Source: an uncultured Planctomycetales bacterium (GTDB taxonomy: Bacteria > Planctomycetota > Phycisphaerae > UBA1845 > G020352895). From it: a DNA stretch of 64,000 bases. Below, one piece after another: positions 25,091-34,763 of this stretch (the first letter of the stretch is position 1; each line of letters opens with the position of its first letter). A model generated the notes under the pieces. That model saw only the letters and a list, made by a program, of their open reading frames with translations. It made no database searches and was not told the origin of the DNA. The translations under genes and the position numbers were made by a program. The stretch lies in contig CAZNDQ010000001.1 of NCBI GenBank assembly GCA_964571825.1, forward strand, positions 5,540 through 69,539, given 5' to 3'.

Positions 25091-25621
25091 TTAGCCGAAC
25101 AGCGGAACGGTGACGGCGATGGACGCGGCGCTTTGATCGCCAGCGTCAGCGAGCACGCCGCGCGGCGACTCAACCTTGATCGTGACGGTGTTGCCGCTGA
25201 TGGTAAGCACCTCGGCATACAGATCGTCGCTCTCGTCGCCGCTCATCACGCCAGGGAGCGGCGCGGACCAGAACGAAACGGTTTCCACGCCGCCGCTCCC
25301 GGCCTCGCTGTACGTCGCGGCAAAGGTCGACGAGTACGCGATCGTGTAGCGCCCGGTGGCGGTCTTCGTGACGGTGGGCTTCTGTCCGTCGCCGCTGCCC
25401 CAGTGCGAGCGGTGCGACACCATCGTGGTACCGAGCGCGCCGGCTGCACCCGTGTGCGTGGCGAGCCGCACGATCGCTTTGGGCGAGGTGTTGCTCATGT
25501 GCGCCACGGTCTCCAGCAGCGCGTTGCCCTCGTCGGAGTCCATCTCCGTTTCGGGATCGGTGCGCGGGACTGCGTCGGTGAACGGTCCACCGAAGTTGCC
25601 GATGGTCTTTGGTGTAGCCAT
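25091..25621 (-). CDS. hypothetical structural protein
   Basis: Position in the baseplate module. Confidence 0.4.
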   Translation of the reverse strand: MATPKTIGNFGGPFTDAVPRTDPETEMDSDEGNALLETVAHMSNTSPKAIVRLATHTGAAGALGTTMVSHRSHWGSGDGQKPTVTKTATGRYTIAYSSTFAATYSEAGSGGVETVSFWSAPLPGVMSGDESDDLYAEVLTISGNTVTIKVESPRGVLADAGDQSAASIAVTVPLFG

Positions 25622-25627
25622 GTGCTC

Positions 25628-27142
25628 TTACAAGGTGGCGCGGAACGAGAGGCGCTTGAGGGAGAGGATGCGCGGCGAAAGCGCCGTGGTCGCCGGAACG
25701 GACGGCGTGGTCTTCGTCGTCTTGGTTCCCTCTGAGAACCGTCCTGCGAACGAGACGTCGCTGACCTCTGCGCGGTCGCTGATCCCCTTGAGTTGCAGCG
25801 ACGTCAGCGCGTACGGTCGTTCGATGTCGGGACCCGGCTTGCGCCGCGCGTAGAACAGAATGTCCGTGTTGCTGCTCTTCTCTCCGCACCCAAGCAGCTT
25901 GGTGGAAGCGAGGAACGCCGCGGCGTACTCGTCCAGGTACTCAGCGTCAGGACTTACGTAGAGACCGGACTCAAGGAAGCTGTCGGCCGCCGATCCGAAC
26001 AGGTCCAGAACGCACGTGTACGCCCCAGACGATCCGCCGACAGAGACGATGCTGAAGTGCTTCATCGTCTCCTCGGTATAGTCCCACACCGCGATGCGGT
26101 TTCCAGCCAGCGGCGGATCTGCGCTGGTGCTGTTGACCGTGATCTGGATGAGCCCGCTTGACGTGTCCGTCACGGCGCTGATCTCACCGAACACGTTCGG
26201 GCCGCTCTCGTTGTCAGATGGCCACGGAACGGCATCCAGCCAGCCGCCGCCTGCGCCGCCTGCGCTCTTCGGCAGCGCGAGACCGAGCCCGATGATGGCG
26301 TCGATCTCCTCCTCGGTGACGCTCGTCACGTTGAGCGACACGTTGCCCGGCATCTCAGCGGCAATGGCCGATGCCACCTGGTCCTGCACCGTGGTGTTGA
26401 GCGACAGATCGTCGCCGCCTCCCATGATCGCAACGTCGTAGCTCGACGGTCCGCGTGCTGTTGGGTACACGGCCGCGAACGCTACGCTTGCGTTGGCGCC
26501 CTCGGCCCACTCCTGCACCTGCGACCAGTTTCCGCCGACACCGGGAAAGCCGAGGCGTCGCAGCAGGCGCGCGCGAAGGTCCTCGTCGTCGTCAGCGTCA
26601 GCGGCACCGTCAATGCCGCCTGGTGCAACGGTTGCCTTGGTGCCGAGGTACGTGATGGACGAACTGTCCCACGTGATGATCTCGCCCTCGTCAAGGTTCG
26701 CCGAGTCGCCGGTGTCGATCGACTCAAGCTTGACGGCGCCGCCATTCGCAACCCCGACGTTGATCGCGGTGGTCTGGTATTTTTTGCCGCTGGCCGACGT
26801 GCCTTTGAACGATGCCGGCACGGTGAGCGACGTGGCCGGCGAGAGGACAACGATGGTGACGAAGCCGCTGGACTTGGTGGCGGGCCGCTTCGTGACACCG
26901 AAGATCCCGGCCCACTCCTGCAGGTCGTCGCCGGTCGCCGTCAGCGGGTTGATCCGCTTGTTGATGAGCCGGCCGTTCTGGGTCGCGACCGCGAGGCGCT
27001 TGGCGACTGCGAGCGTGCGGTGCCACAGCTCACTGTCCTTCGCGACGTTGGCCGTGACGCCGATCGTCGCGTAGCCGTAGCGCAGATCACTGAGCAGCTG
27101 TGAGTGCAGCTCGGCTACGGTGGGGTAGACAGGATCAGCCAT
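25628..27142 (-). CDS. baseplate J / Mu gp47-like protein
   Basis: 504 aa. The N-terminal region resembles the baseplate J family. Gene order fits. Confidence 0.7.
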   Translation of the reverse strand: MADPVYPTVAELHSQLLSDLRYGYATIGVTANVAKDSELWHRTLAVAKRLAVATQNGRLINKRINPLTATGDDLQEWAGIFGVTKRPATKSSGFVTIVVLSPATSLTVPASFKGTSASGKKYQTTAINVGVANGGAVKLESIDTGDSANLDEGEIITWDSSSITYLGTKATVAPGGIDGAADADDDEDLRARLLRRLGFPGVGGNWSQVQEWAEGANASVAFAAVYPTARGPSSYDVAIMGGGDDLSLNTTVQDQVASAIAAEMPGNVSLNVTSVTEEEIDAIIGLGLALPKSAGGAGGGWLDAVPWPSDNESGPNVFGEISAVTDTSSGLIQITVNSTSADPPLAGNRIAVWDYTEETMKHFSIVSVGGSSGAYTCVLDLFGSAADSFLESGLYVSPDAEYLDEYAAAFLASTKLLGCGEKSSNTDILFYARRKPGPDIERPYALTSLQLKGISDRAEVSDVSFAGRFSEGTKTTKTTPSVPATTALSPRILSLKRLSFRATL

Positions 27143-27560
27143 GGGTGACGGTCACGGTCGACTCGCGCTGCGTGCGCTGGTTGACGTAGGAAACGGTTTC
27201 GCGGAACACTCCCGCCGCGGTACGACCGACGAACACTGCCGACTCGCGTCGTCCGTTGCGGACCACAGCGGGCAACGTGATCGCGCCCTCGCGGACCATG
27301 GACTCGAGCGCCGCGAGGATGCGCTGCTTGCGCGCCGTCAGCTCGCGGTCGTCGTCAAGGTTGCGTGGCGGTCCGCCGCCTGCGTACGACACTGCGAGGA
27401 TCACGCGCTGCGCGATCGGGTCCATGCCGGCCGCGTTGCCGTTGTCGTCGATCTCGTAGCTCTGCGCGACGAAGTCGATCTTCCGCGAGCCGGTGACGAC
27501 TGTCTCGTCAGGCGACGGGAGCGACGTGAAGCGCGCGTATGGTCCGGCGTGGTAGCCCAT
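27135..27560 (-). CDS. putative baseplate protein (gp46/W position)
   Basis: Position immediately upstream of J. Overlaps the J start. Confidence 0.4.
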   Translation of the reverse strand: MGYHAGPYARFTSLPSPDETVVTGSRKIDFVAQSYEIDDNGNAAGMDPIAQRVILAVSYAGGGPPRNLDDDRELTARKQRILAALESMVREGAITLPAVVRNGRRESAVFVGRTAAGVFRETVSYVNQRTQRESTVTVTHG

Positions 27561-27563
27561 GGA

Positions 27564-27869
27564 TCAATCGAGCGGACAAGGTATTGACGGCAGCGATGGG
27601 AGCTGCGGGAATGGCGGGAGCCCAGGAATCGTCGGCAGCGCAGGGAACGGGATCGCGGGCAGTCCAGGCAGCGACGGCAACGCTGGGAGTGAAGGCAGCT
27701 GCGGAAATGGCGGCAGTCCCGGAATCGATGGCAGCGCAGGCAGCGCGATCGTTGGGATGCCCGGGAGCGCCGGCAGCGGCGGAAGTGAAGGCAACTGCGG
27801 GAATGGCGGCAGTCCCGGAATCGACGGCAGTACCGGGAACGGGATCGGCGGAAAGGCGCAGAGGGTCAC
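27564..27869 (-). CDS. proline-rich repeat protein (xPx triplets, 32-aa period)
   Basis: GTG start after a GAGGTG SD. Stop is 3 nt before the next start. The opposite strand is also open (see findings). Confidence 0.4.
   Translation of the reverse strand: MTLCAFPPIPFPVLPSIPGLPPFPQLPSLPPLPALPGIPTIALPALPSIPGLPPFPQLPSLPALPSLPGLPAIPFPALPTIPGLPPFPQLPSLPSIPCPLD
27601..27851. repeat. 96-nt tandem repeat, about 2.6 copies
   Basis: Copies at 27601..27696, 27697..27792 and 27793..27851. Confidence 0.85.
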
Positions 27870-27885
27870 GCCGCACCTCGCGATG

Positions 27886-27900
27886 TGATATGGCTACGTC
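27886..27900 (+). promoter_or_regulatory. extended -10-like element (TGA-TATGGC) with leaderless spacing
   Basis: TATGGC, then 6 nt, then the ATG at 27901. Same geometry as the class II motif. Confidence 0.35.
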
Positions 27901-28509
27901 ATGCGACACGTAGCGAAATTGGGATTGCTCGCGCTGTGCGGGCTTGTGGCGTGCGGCAACGACGAGGCGGGTGTCACGCCGCAGAAGGACACGACAGCCT
28001 CGTCAGGCGGCTCTGGTGGCGACGGCGGGGCAACCAGCGGCGGCGGTGGATCTGGCGCCGACGATGGCGGACCCGCGGCGTTCACCGGCGGGTCTCGGCT
28101 CAAGGTGCGACGGCTAGTGGCTGACGACGGTTCGGTGCAGCTGCTTGGGTTCCATGACTCGGAGCTTGGCGTGAATTGCGGCTTCACGCGCGCTTCCGAT
28201 GGCGCGATGCGGTGCCTACCGTCGAACGTGGCGGCAGCCGGGTCTTACTTCGCTGACGCGGCGTGTTCAGAGCCAGCGGTAATCGGTCTCAAGAATTGCG
28301 ACCAGCCGGACTTCGCCATCTCTCTTGAGGGCGTGTGTGGCGATCACAGGCGCGTCCACCAGCTCGGCGCAGAGCTGACGTCGCTCTACACGGGGACGCC
28401 ATCTAGTTGCCTAAGCCAGGTTGCGTTGCTGGCCACATACCGCGCGTGGGCACTTGGTGGATCCGTGTCGCCCGGAGAGTTCGTCTTAGCCGAGGAGTCT
28501 GTGGACTAA
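27901..28509 (+). CDS. lipoprotein (opposite-strand moron inside the baseplate operon)
   Basis: MRHVAKLGLLALCGLVAC lipobox, Gly/Ser linker, 8 further Cys. Its stop overlaps the stop of the convergent gene. Confidence 0.65.
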   Translation: MRHVAKLGLLALCGLVACGNDEAGVTPQKDTTASSGGSGGDGGATSGGGGSGADDGGPAAFTGGSRLKVRRLVADDGSVQLLGFHDSELGVNCGFTRASDGAMRCLPSNVAAAGSYFADAACSEPAVIGLKNCDQPDFAISLEGVCGDHRRVHQLGAELTSLYTGTPSSCLSQVALLATYRAWALGGSVSPGEFVLAEESVD

Positions 28510-29351
28510 AACGACGCCTTGACCTTGCTGGATGCCAGCGGGGTCGCGCTCGGCGCCGCTGGCGTAGATGTCGCCTTTGCGGTTCCTCCGCCGCCTCCGG
28601 TAACGGGCAACCCCGTGGTCTTCAGAAGCGTGTCAATGGAGCCGATCCATGTGGTGACTTGCGCGTACCAGGCAAGGAACTGCGTAGCTAGCACGACGAA
28701 GTCAGTCGTCGCCGGATCTGCCGCGCCCATGTTGACGCCGCCACACAAATTCAGCGATGCTGCGCTGAGCGTCATCTTGTCTTCGACGATGTCGATGAAC
28801 GCCGCGCCCGTGTGCGATCCGAGGTAGACGTTACCGTCGTTTGTCAGCACGAAGCTGTGTCCCTTTTCGTGCACCAGCGAGATCGACGCCTCGTCAGCCT
28901 TGCTGTTCATCGCGAACACGTGAGCCTTCTGCGGCGTCCCCGGCGTGCCGGTGAACGGGTCGGCTCCGCTGTTGCGCACGGTGTACAGCGTCAGCGCCGT
29001 TGCGTCGCGCGAGTCGTGCTCGGCAAAGGTCATCTGCACGAACCCGCCTGAAGGGTGCATGATCATGACGTCGCCGTCCTTCCTTGCGCCGACCTTCGCG
29101 TTGTAGCGATTGTCGTGAACGCCGAGGACGTAGAAGTCCTCGCCGTCGCGGAAGTACTGCGCCTGACACGACTCACCGCTAAGCGCCGCCGGCATCGGGC
29201 GCGAGTAGAAGCCCCATGGGGTTAGCAGTACCGCCTCGCCGCAGTGCGCCTTCTTCAGGTCTGCCCAGCCGAGTTGCGCACGCACCTCGCCGTCCGTCGC
29301 GTCGGTGGCGATGATGTCGCCCTCGTAGAAGTCAACGTCGTCACGCTGCAT
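28506..29351 (-). CDS. baseplate central spike (gpV / Mu gp45-like)
   Basis: Position after the hub protein. Gly/Ala/Thr C-terminal tail. Confidence 0.5.
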   Translation of the reverse strand: MQRDDVDFYEGDIIATDATDGEVRAQLGWADLKKAHCGEAVLLTPWGFYSRPMPAALSGESCQAQYFRDGEDFYVLGVHDNRYNAKVGARKDGDVMIMHPSGGFVQMTFAEHDSRDATALTLYTVRNSGADPFTGTPGTPQKAHVFAMNSKADEASISLVHEKGHSFVLTNDGNVYLGSHTGAAFIDIVEDKMTLSAASLNLCGGVNMGAADPATTDFVVLATQFLAWYAQVTTWIGSIDTLLKTTGLPVTGGGGGTAKATSTPAAPSATPLASSKVKASF

Positions 29352-29354
29352 TGT

Positions 29355-30113
29355 CTACGCTACGCCCTTGGACCACCGGTCCAGGCTGAGCCACTGAATC
29401 GCGCCATCGCTACGACGTCGCACATACAGATCGCAGAACGCGTACAGTCCGCGTCTCTGGTCTGGCGTCATCGGGCTGGACAAACTCCACGAGCCCAGTT
29501 CCGTGTTAGCGAGCGCGGTCTTGTTGATCTGGACCGTGCCGCTGTACCCGTCGCCAGACGTGGACTCGATACCGTAGCGCGAGATCTCAAGATACTGCTT
29601 CGTGGGATCGTCTGTCCGCTGCGACAGGTACCAGTCGTACTCGTCTGCGCCAGGGATCGCATCTGTCGCGAAGTTGTTTACGGTTGCAACAAGCTCGCCT
29701 GTTCCAGCGGTCTCTGTCACGGATATGCCGCCACTGAACCCACCGCTGCGCACCTTGTCCGTGGTCTGCGAGAACGGGCCCGGCCACTCCTCGAGCGCGT
29801 CGATGCCGACGTAGAAGCTCCGCAGCTGTTGGCCTGGCGTAGCGCCCTCGGCCGTCAGCGTCGCGCCGCTCGCGTCCCACGTCATCAGCGTCGCGGTGAG
29901 CGCCGAGATGTACCCGCGCTTGCCGTCGTTGTTCGCTGTGTTCTTCGGCTCGCAGTACATGCCGGTCGCGGCACCGTCGGCGATGAACGATCCGCCCGCC
30001 CGCTCGATCGTGCTCGGCGGGCCGGCGGTGAACGTCATGCCAGCGTCCGGCGCGCTCAGGATGCGGTCCGCGAAGATGTAGCGGAACGTGGTGTAGTTGG
30101 CGAGGATGGTCAT
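29355..30113 (-). CDS. hypothetical baseplate-module protein
   Basis: Position only. Confidence 0.4.
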   Translation of the reverse strand: MTILANYTTFRYIFADRILSAPDAGMTFTAGPPSTIERAGGSFIADGAATGMYCEPKNTANNDGKRGYISALTATLMTWDASGATLTAEGATPGQQLRSFYVGIDALEEWPGPFSQTTDKVRSGGFSGGISVTETAGTGELVATVNNFATDAIPGADEYDWYLSQRTDDPTKQYLEISRYGIESTSGDGYSGTVQINKTALANTELGSWSLSSPMTPDQRRGLYAFCDLYVRRRSDGAIQWLSLDRWSKGVA

Positions 30114-30114
30114 A

Positions 30115-31323
30115 CTACTCGCCGCCGAGCTGGAGGGCGTGCTTCGGGATCCAGGTCAGCATGGTGATCTGCCCCTTGTCCTTGGTGCCCGTCATGGTCC
30201 GCTCCAGCAGCCACATGTCCTCGTCGATGTTGAACGCAGTCGCGACGACGCGACCCACTGTGTTGACGGCCCACACCGCGTTTGCGCTGACCGACTTGAA
30301 GCCGTCGACCGCGTGCCGCACTGTGAATGCGCTGACGCTTTGCGCGCAGTGCAGCAACGTGGCGTGCGCCTCGCAGCGCTCCTTGTCGCGGCTCTTTTTG
30401 TCGATCTTGTAGCGCGGCTTCCACGGACCGGCGTACAGGTATCGCCCGTCAGCAAGGTCCACGAGCTGGTCATCGACGAACGGCGCGTCACTCGGGCGCG
30501 TCACACCGGCGACCCTTACGCCGCCGCGTGGCGAGCCGGCGGTCACCTTGCTGCGCTTCGCCGCGTCCTTGCCGACGATGAGCGTCTCGGAGAACTGCCG
30601 ATCGATCGTGTCCTTCACGACGATGCTCGGCTCCATCAGCATGCGGTCGCCCTTGTTGGACAGGTCGCTGTCCTGCGCCACGACGTAGCGCGCTTTCTGC
30701 TCGTAGTCGGGCGAGCCGACCAGCAGCTTGCCGTCGTAGTCGCTGCGCATCACAAGTCCGACGCGTGACAGGAGGCGATTGCAGAACCCGAACGCGCTGT
30801 CACTCTGCGCGGTGGCGAGGTCCTTGTGCGTAAGCTCGTCTAGCGCCGGAGGGTTTGCCCCGCCGCTGAGCGCCTTGCCGCTGATCGCGGTGATGTCGGC
30901 GGACTGGTCCGACACCAGCGTGGTGAAGCCGAACGGGGCGAGGATCGACAGGATCGCATCGGCCATCGGTGTGTCGGCGCCGAACGACTGCGCCACGAAC
31001 GGGTCGACGCTGGCCTCGTAGATCGTGCACAGCGGCGACTTGCACTCGGCGCGCATGAGGTAGCCGTCGCGGCCAAGCTCCTGCTCCACCGTGGTGATGA
31101 GCATCCGCGCTTGCTGGCGGCCGTCGATGTGCAGCGTCACCTCGCCGCCCTTGACGATGCGGTCGCGGTATTCCTCGCGGTCCAGCAGCGGAACGGCAAG
31201 GTCGAACGTCAGCGAGCCGAGCGGGTCGGTGTAGTTCTCGCGATACGTGAACTCGCGCGCGACGGTGATCGGATCGCCCTCGGCGAACTTGATCGCCCAG
31301 TCGGCGCGGGTACGCTTCGACAC
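30115..31323 (-). CDS. late control D / Mu gp44-like baseplate hub
   Basis: 402 aa, positioned after the DNA-circulation-like gene. Confidence 0.55.
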   Translation of the reverse strand: MSKRTRADWAIKFAEGDPITVAREFTYRENYTDPLGSLTFDLAVPLLDREEYRDRIVKGGEVTLHIDGRQQARMLITTVEQELGRDGYLMRAECKSPLCTIYEASVDPFVAQSFGADTPMADAILSILAPFGFTTLVSDQSADITAISGKALSGGANPPALDELTHKDLATAQSDSAFGFCNRLLSRVGLVMRSDYDGKLLVGSPDYEQKARYVVAQDSDLSNKGDRMLMEPSIVVKDTIDRQFSETLIVGKDAAKRSKVTAGSPRGGVRVAGVTRPSDAPFVDDQLVDLADGRYLYAGPWKPRYKIDKKSRDKERCEAHATLLHCAQSVSAFTVRHAVDGFKSVSANAVWAVNTVGRVVATAFNIDEDMWLLERTMTGTKDKGQITMLTWIPKHALQLGGE

Positions 31324-31332
31324 GGTTCGTCG

Positions 31333-32226
31333 TCAGAGGTAGAATTGCAGCTCGGTGCCGCGCGGAACAGTCGGCGTCGCGAGCGCAAAAAGGTTCAGCG
31401 AGATCACATCCTCCAGCGTGTTGCCGACAGAGTCAGCGAACGCGCTTAGCGGCGTGTCTGTCTCGAGGACTGCGGTGCCCTTCTGTCGCGCGCGGTCTCG
31501 CGTCGGTGGGTCCTCGCCGAGGTCTTTGTACGCGCCCCACAGCGCAACGAGATCGTCGTGCGCCTGCGTGACCCCGGTCTCGCCGGCAAGCATGCGCCGC
31601 TCTGCGATCTCCACCATGCCGGCCACTGCGCTGGTCATGCCGTTGATCGCGCCAACCACGTCCGCTTCGGCGCTGGCAACGAGGCCGTCGATCATCGCGG
31701 GCCCGTCCGTGATGTCGGTGACTGGCGCCTCGTCTGGCAGGAAGATCCCCGCCTCTGACGACGACTGGCCAGCCTTGACGCTGAGCGCGGTCAGGTTCGC
31801 CTTGATCGGCTGAAGCTCGTTGGCCTCCTCCGGATCTTTGATGTCGGTCGACCAGACGATGTCGGCCACGACGCCCGCGGTGCTCTGCGCGTTGAGCGTG
31901 ACCTTGACGCTCTGGATGACCGCGTTGACCTTGCCGAGCAGCGGGTGGACGAGGTCGCCGGGCTCCGGATCGCGCAGCTCCTTGAGCCACTCGTTCCACA
32001 CGTCTGGGAACAGCCCCGTCTCTAGCGAGTTGAGAAAGTAAAGCCTGACCGGCAGCGTGTCTTCGCTGAGGCCAGTGCTCTCATGGTGCGCGCCGTTGAC
32101 GTACGGGAACTGCCGCTTCGCCTGGCCGAGCGACCACTCGGCCGACGCGTCGTCGTACCACTGGTGCTCCAGTCCGCGCCACGACAGGATGGGCAGCGCT
32201 TGAATGGCGCGTAGTTCGTCGGCCAT
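31333..32226 (-). CDS. Mu gp43-like (DNA circulation N-terminal domain) tail protein
   Basis: Immediately follows the tape measure gene. N-terminal ILSWRG..FPYVNG pattern. Confidence 0.55.
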   Translation of the reverse strand: MADELRAIQALPILSWRGLEHQWYDDASAEWSLGQAKRQFPYVNGAHHESTGLSEDTLPVRLYFLNSLETGLFPDVWNEWLKELRDPEPGDLVHPLLGKVNAVIQSVKVTLNAQSTAGVVADIVWSTDIKDPEEANELQPIKANLTALSVKAGQSSSEAGIFLPDEAPVTDITDGPAMIDGLVASAEADVVGAINGMTSAVAGMVEIAERRMLAGETGVTQAHDDLVALWGAYKDLGEDPPTRDRARQKGTAVLETDTPLSAFADSVGNTLEDVISLNLFALATPTVPRGTELQFYL

Positions 32227-32229
32227 GGG

Positions 32230-34410
32230 TTAGCCAGGGAGGTTCGACGCGACAGCGGCGCCCTTGATCGCCCCAGCTGCTTCCTTCAGCGCACCAGCGG
32301 CGTCGCGCAGTTCCTTTCCGCCCAGCAGCGCGTCCTTCATTTCGTTGCGGACGCCCTGGTCGGTGGTGTTCTGCATCTGCGTGATCTGGTCGCGCAGCTG
32401 TTGGATGATCGCCAGCTGTTCGTCGCTGTGCCGGATGTCCGGCCCGACGTTCGCCATTGGATCGGCGATGATACTCTCGGCGATCCCTTTCGCGCGGTTC
32501 TCGCGGTGCGTATCGCTTGCAAAGTCAAACGTGGCGCGGTCCGCCGAGAGGTAGCGCTTCACAAACTCTTCGGCGCTCACCGTCTCGTTGGCGCGGTCGC
32601 TCATCGACTGCCACTGCGTTTCAGCGCTGCGTTTGATGTTGTGCTGGCGCTCGATCTCGCTGTTCAGCGAGTTGAGCTGCGTCATCTCAACGTCGCTTAG
32701 GGTTCCTCCGCTGCGTACCTTGGCGAACAGCGACTCACGCGTCACCGAAGCCTTCGCAATAGCTGCATCGGCATCGCGGATGTGCTCCTCGGGAGACCTG
32801 TCGCCGACGATGCCAAACTCCTTGAGCTTGTCCACCGCGAGCTGTCCAGCCTCGGCAAGCGCGTGCATGGTCGTAACCAGCGGCGAGAACACGCCCGCAT
32901 CGGCGAGCGACGACACTGCACCGAGCAGCGCGGCAAACGCTGGCGTGACCTCTTGCCCGACCTGCGCTTTCAGCGACTCCCACACCGAGGTCAACGCCGC
33001 GCTGCTCTGCTGCTGTGCGCTCGCAAGGTCTCGCTGCACCTCGGCGTAGGCGCCGCTCGTCTCAGTGGCGCGCGCGATGCGCCGCCGCAGTGCGTCGACT
33101 CCGTCCGCTCCCTTCGCGGTCGCCTCGGCGTACTCCATGATCAGCGGACGCAGCGCGCGGATGCCTTCCTCGCCGAAGATCTTTTGCAGGCCAACCTTCT
33201 TCTTCTCCATGTCGGTTCCGCCAACCTTGGCGATCGACTCCACGAGGATGTCGGTGATGTTGCGCGCGTTGCCCTGCTTGTCGAAGACGTTGACGCCTGC
33301 CGTCTTGAGCTTCGTGCTCTGGGCCGTCAGCTGACGGAACGTCGCCTCAAGCGCAGACGCGGCCTGCTCTGGTGAGCCGGTCGCGGTGCGCGCGATCTGC
33401 GTCAGGCCGCCGAGCGTCGCCACGGCACCGGCGCCCTTGCCGATGCCAAACGAACCCGCCGCCGCTGCCAACTTGGGGAACTGCTTCGCAGCGTCCTCAA
33501 GCTCGAAGCTGCCCTGTTTGCCCTGGACCGTGAGGATCGCCATCGCATCCGCCATCTCCTCAACCGTCTTGACGTCGAACTTCTCAAACAGGTCTGCCAT
33601 CGCGCCCGCAAGCGCCGAGGTGTCGGTACCCGTCGCGACCGAGAACTCCGCCATGGTGCGCTGCAGATCGATCCCGAGCTGCATGTTGCCCGTCTTGCCG
33701 ACGAACTCATCTACACCAGCGGCAATGTCGGCCGCCTTTGCGCCACGCACGCCGACCGCAGTAGCCTCGAATCCGCGGCGGAGCCTGTTTGCGTCGAAGC
33801 CCTCGCCGCCCTTGATGGCGAGGCGCTTGCTGAAGTCGTCCAGCGCCAGCGATTCACGCAGCGCCCTGCCGCCAACGAGCGCACCGGCGCCCATGACAGC
33901 GCCGGCACCAGTGATCGCGGCGCCGCCAATTGCTGCGATGGCGCCACGAATGCGTGAGCCACGCGCCTCGCGTCGTTGCTCGGTCCTGCGTGCAAGATCG
34001 CGCTCGTGACGCTCTTGCAGCTTGGTGCGGCGATCGAGGTGGCTGCGCACGTCGCGCTCACGCTGCCGGTCCAGCCCTTGCTGCACACGCGCGGCGCGGC
34101 GTGCTTCACGGATCTGCGCGTCAGCCGCCTTCTTTGCGGCGCGCTCCTGATCGCGCGCCACCTTGAGGCCGAGCTTCTCCGTCTCGCTCATCGGCCGCTT
34201 CGCCGATGACCACGCCTCCGACACCTGTTTCGCTGCGCCACGGGACGCGCCAGCGGCGCCGCGGCCTGCCTTGGCCGCCGCCTTCGGGAACGATCCGAGC
34301 GCCTTGTTGGCCTGCGCCTCGAGGTCGCCGTACGCGTCGCCGATCGAGCGGATGACGCTCTTCAGCTTGTCGTGACCGTCCGAGACCCAGACGAAGCGCG
34401 TATCGGGCAT
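32230..34410 (-). CDS. tail tape measure protein
   Basis: 726 aa, Ala/Gly-rich helical, with a TP901-type core-like segment. Position fits. Confidence 0.85.
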   Translation of the reverse strand: MPDTRFVWVSDGHDKLKSVIRSIGDAYGDLEAQANKALGSFPKAAAKAGRGAAGASRGAAKQVSEAWSSAKRPMSETEKLGLKVARDQERAAKKAADAQIREARRAARVQQGLDRQRERDVRSHLDRRTKLQERHERDLARRTEQRREARGSRIRGAIAAIGGAAITGAGAVMGAGALVGGRALRESLALDDFSKRLAIKGGEGFDANRLRRGFEATAVGVRGAKAADIAAGVDEFVGKTGNMQLGIDLQRTMAEFSVATGTDTSALAGAMADLFEKFDVKTVEEMADAMAILTVQGKQGSFELEDAAKQFPKLAAAAGSFGIGKGAGAVATLGGLTQIARTATGSPEQAASALEATFRQLTAQSTKLKTAGVNVFDKQGNARNITDILVESIAKVGGTDMEKKKVGLQKIFGEEGIRALRPLIMEYAEATAKGADGVDALRRRIARATETSGAYAEVQRDLASAQQQSSAALTSVWESLKAQVGQEVTPAFAALLGAVSSLADAGVFSPLVTTMHALAEAGQLAVDKLKEFGIVGDRSPEEHIRDADAAIAKASVTRESLFAKVRSGGTLSDVEMTQLNSLNSEIERQHNIKRSAETQWQSMSDRANETVSAEEFVKRYLSADRATFDFASDTHRENRAKGIAESIIADPMANVGPDIRHSDEQLAIIQQLRDQITQMQNTTDQGVRNEMKDALLGGKELRDAAGALKEAAGAIKGAAVASNLPG

Positions 34411-34763
34411 TAGCGTCCAGCGATCTTCCTAGCGAGCCGGTCCACACCCTTGCGCATCAGATCGTCGGCGCGCTCGGCTACGGCTTCGAAGTCGCTCCAC
34501 CCGCTAGCAGCGAGGTACTTGCCGTAATGCATGCCCATCTCCAGCACGACTTCGATGCTGTCGCCGGCCTCGTTGACGTCGGCGACGGTACTGTCGCGCA
34601 GGTCGCCGGTGCGGTCCGTGTATGGGTCCGTTGCACGCAGGTGTGCCGCCGCCTGCTCGGCCACGTCGAACATGTTGGTTGCGACGTCATCCAACTCGCG
34701 CTCTGCGCGCCGGACCCAAGCGGGGATGGTGCTACGTACCGGCATGCTCTGGTTGGATCTCAC
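34410..34763 (-). CDS. hypothetical tail-module protein
   Basis: 117-aa ORF abutting the tape measure start. Confidence 0.45.
   Translation of the reverse strand: MRSNQSMPVRSTIPAWVRRAERELDDVATNMFDVAEQAAAHLRATDPYTDRTGDLRDSTVADVNEAGDSIEVVLEMGMHYGKYLAASGWSDFEAVAERADDLMRKGVDRLARKIAGR

Noticed and set aside
27559-27888. A + strand collagen-like Gly-rich gene.
   Set aside because: It would start inside, and diverge from, the start of the 27135..27560 gene, and it has no SD. The minus-strand Pro-rich frame fits the operon structure better. It is kept as an open question in the findings.
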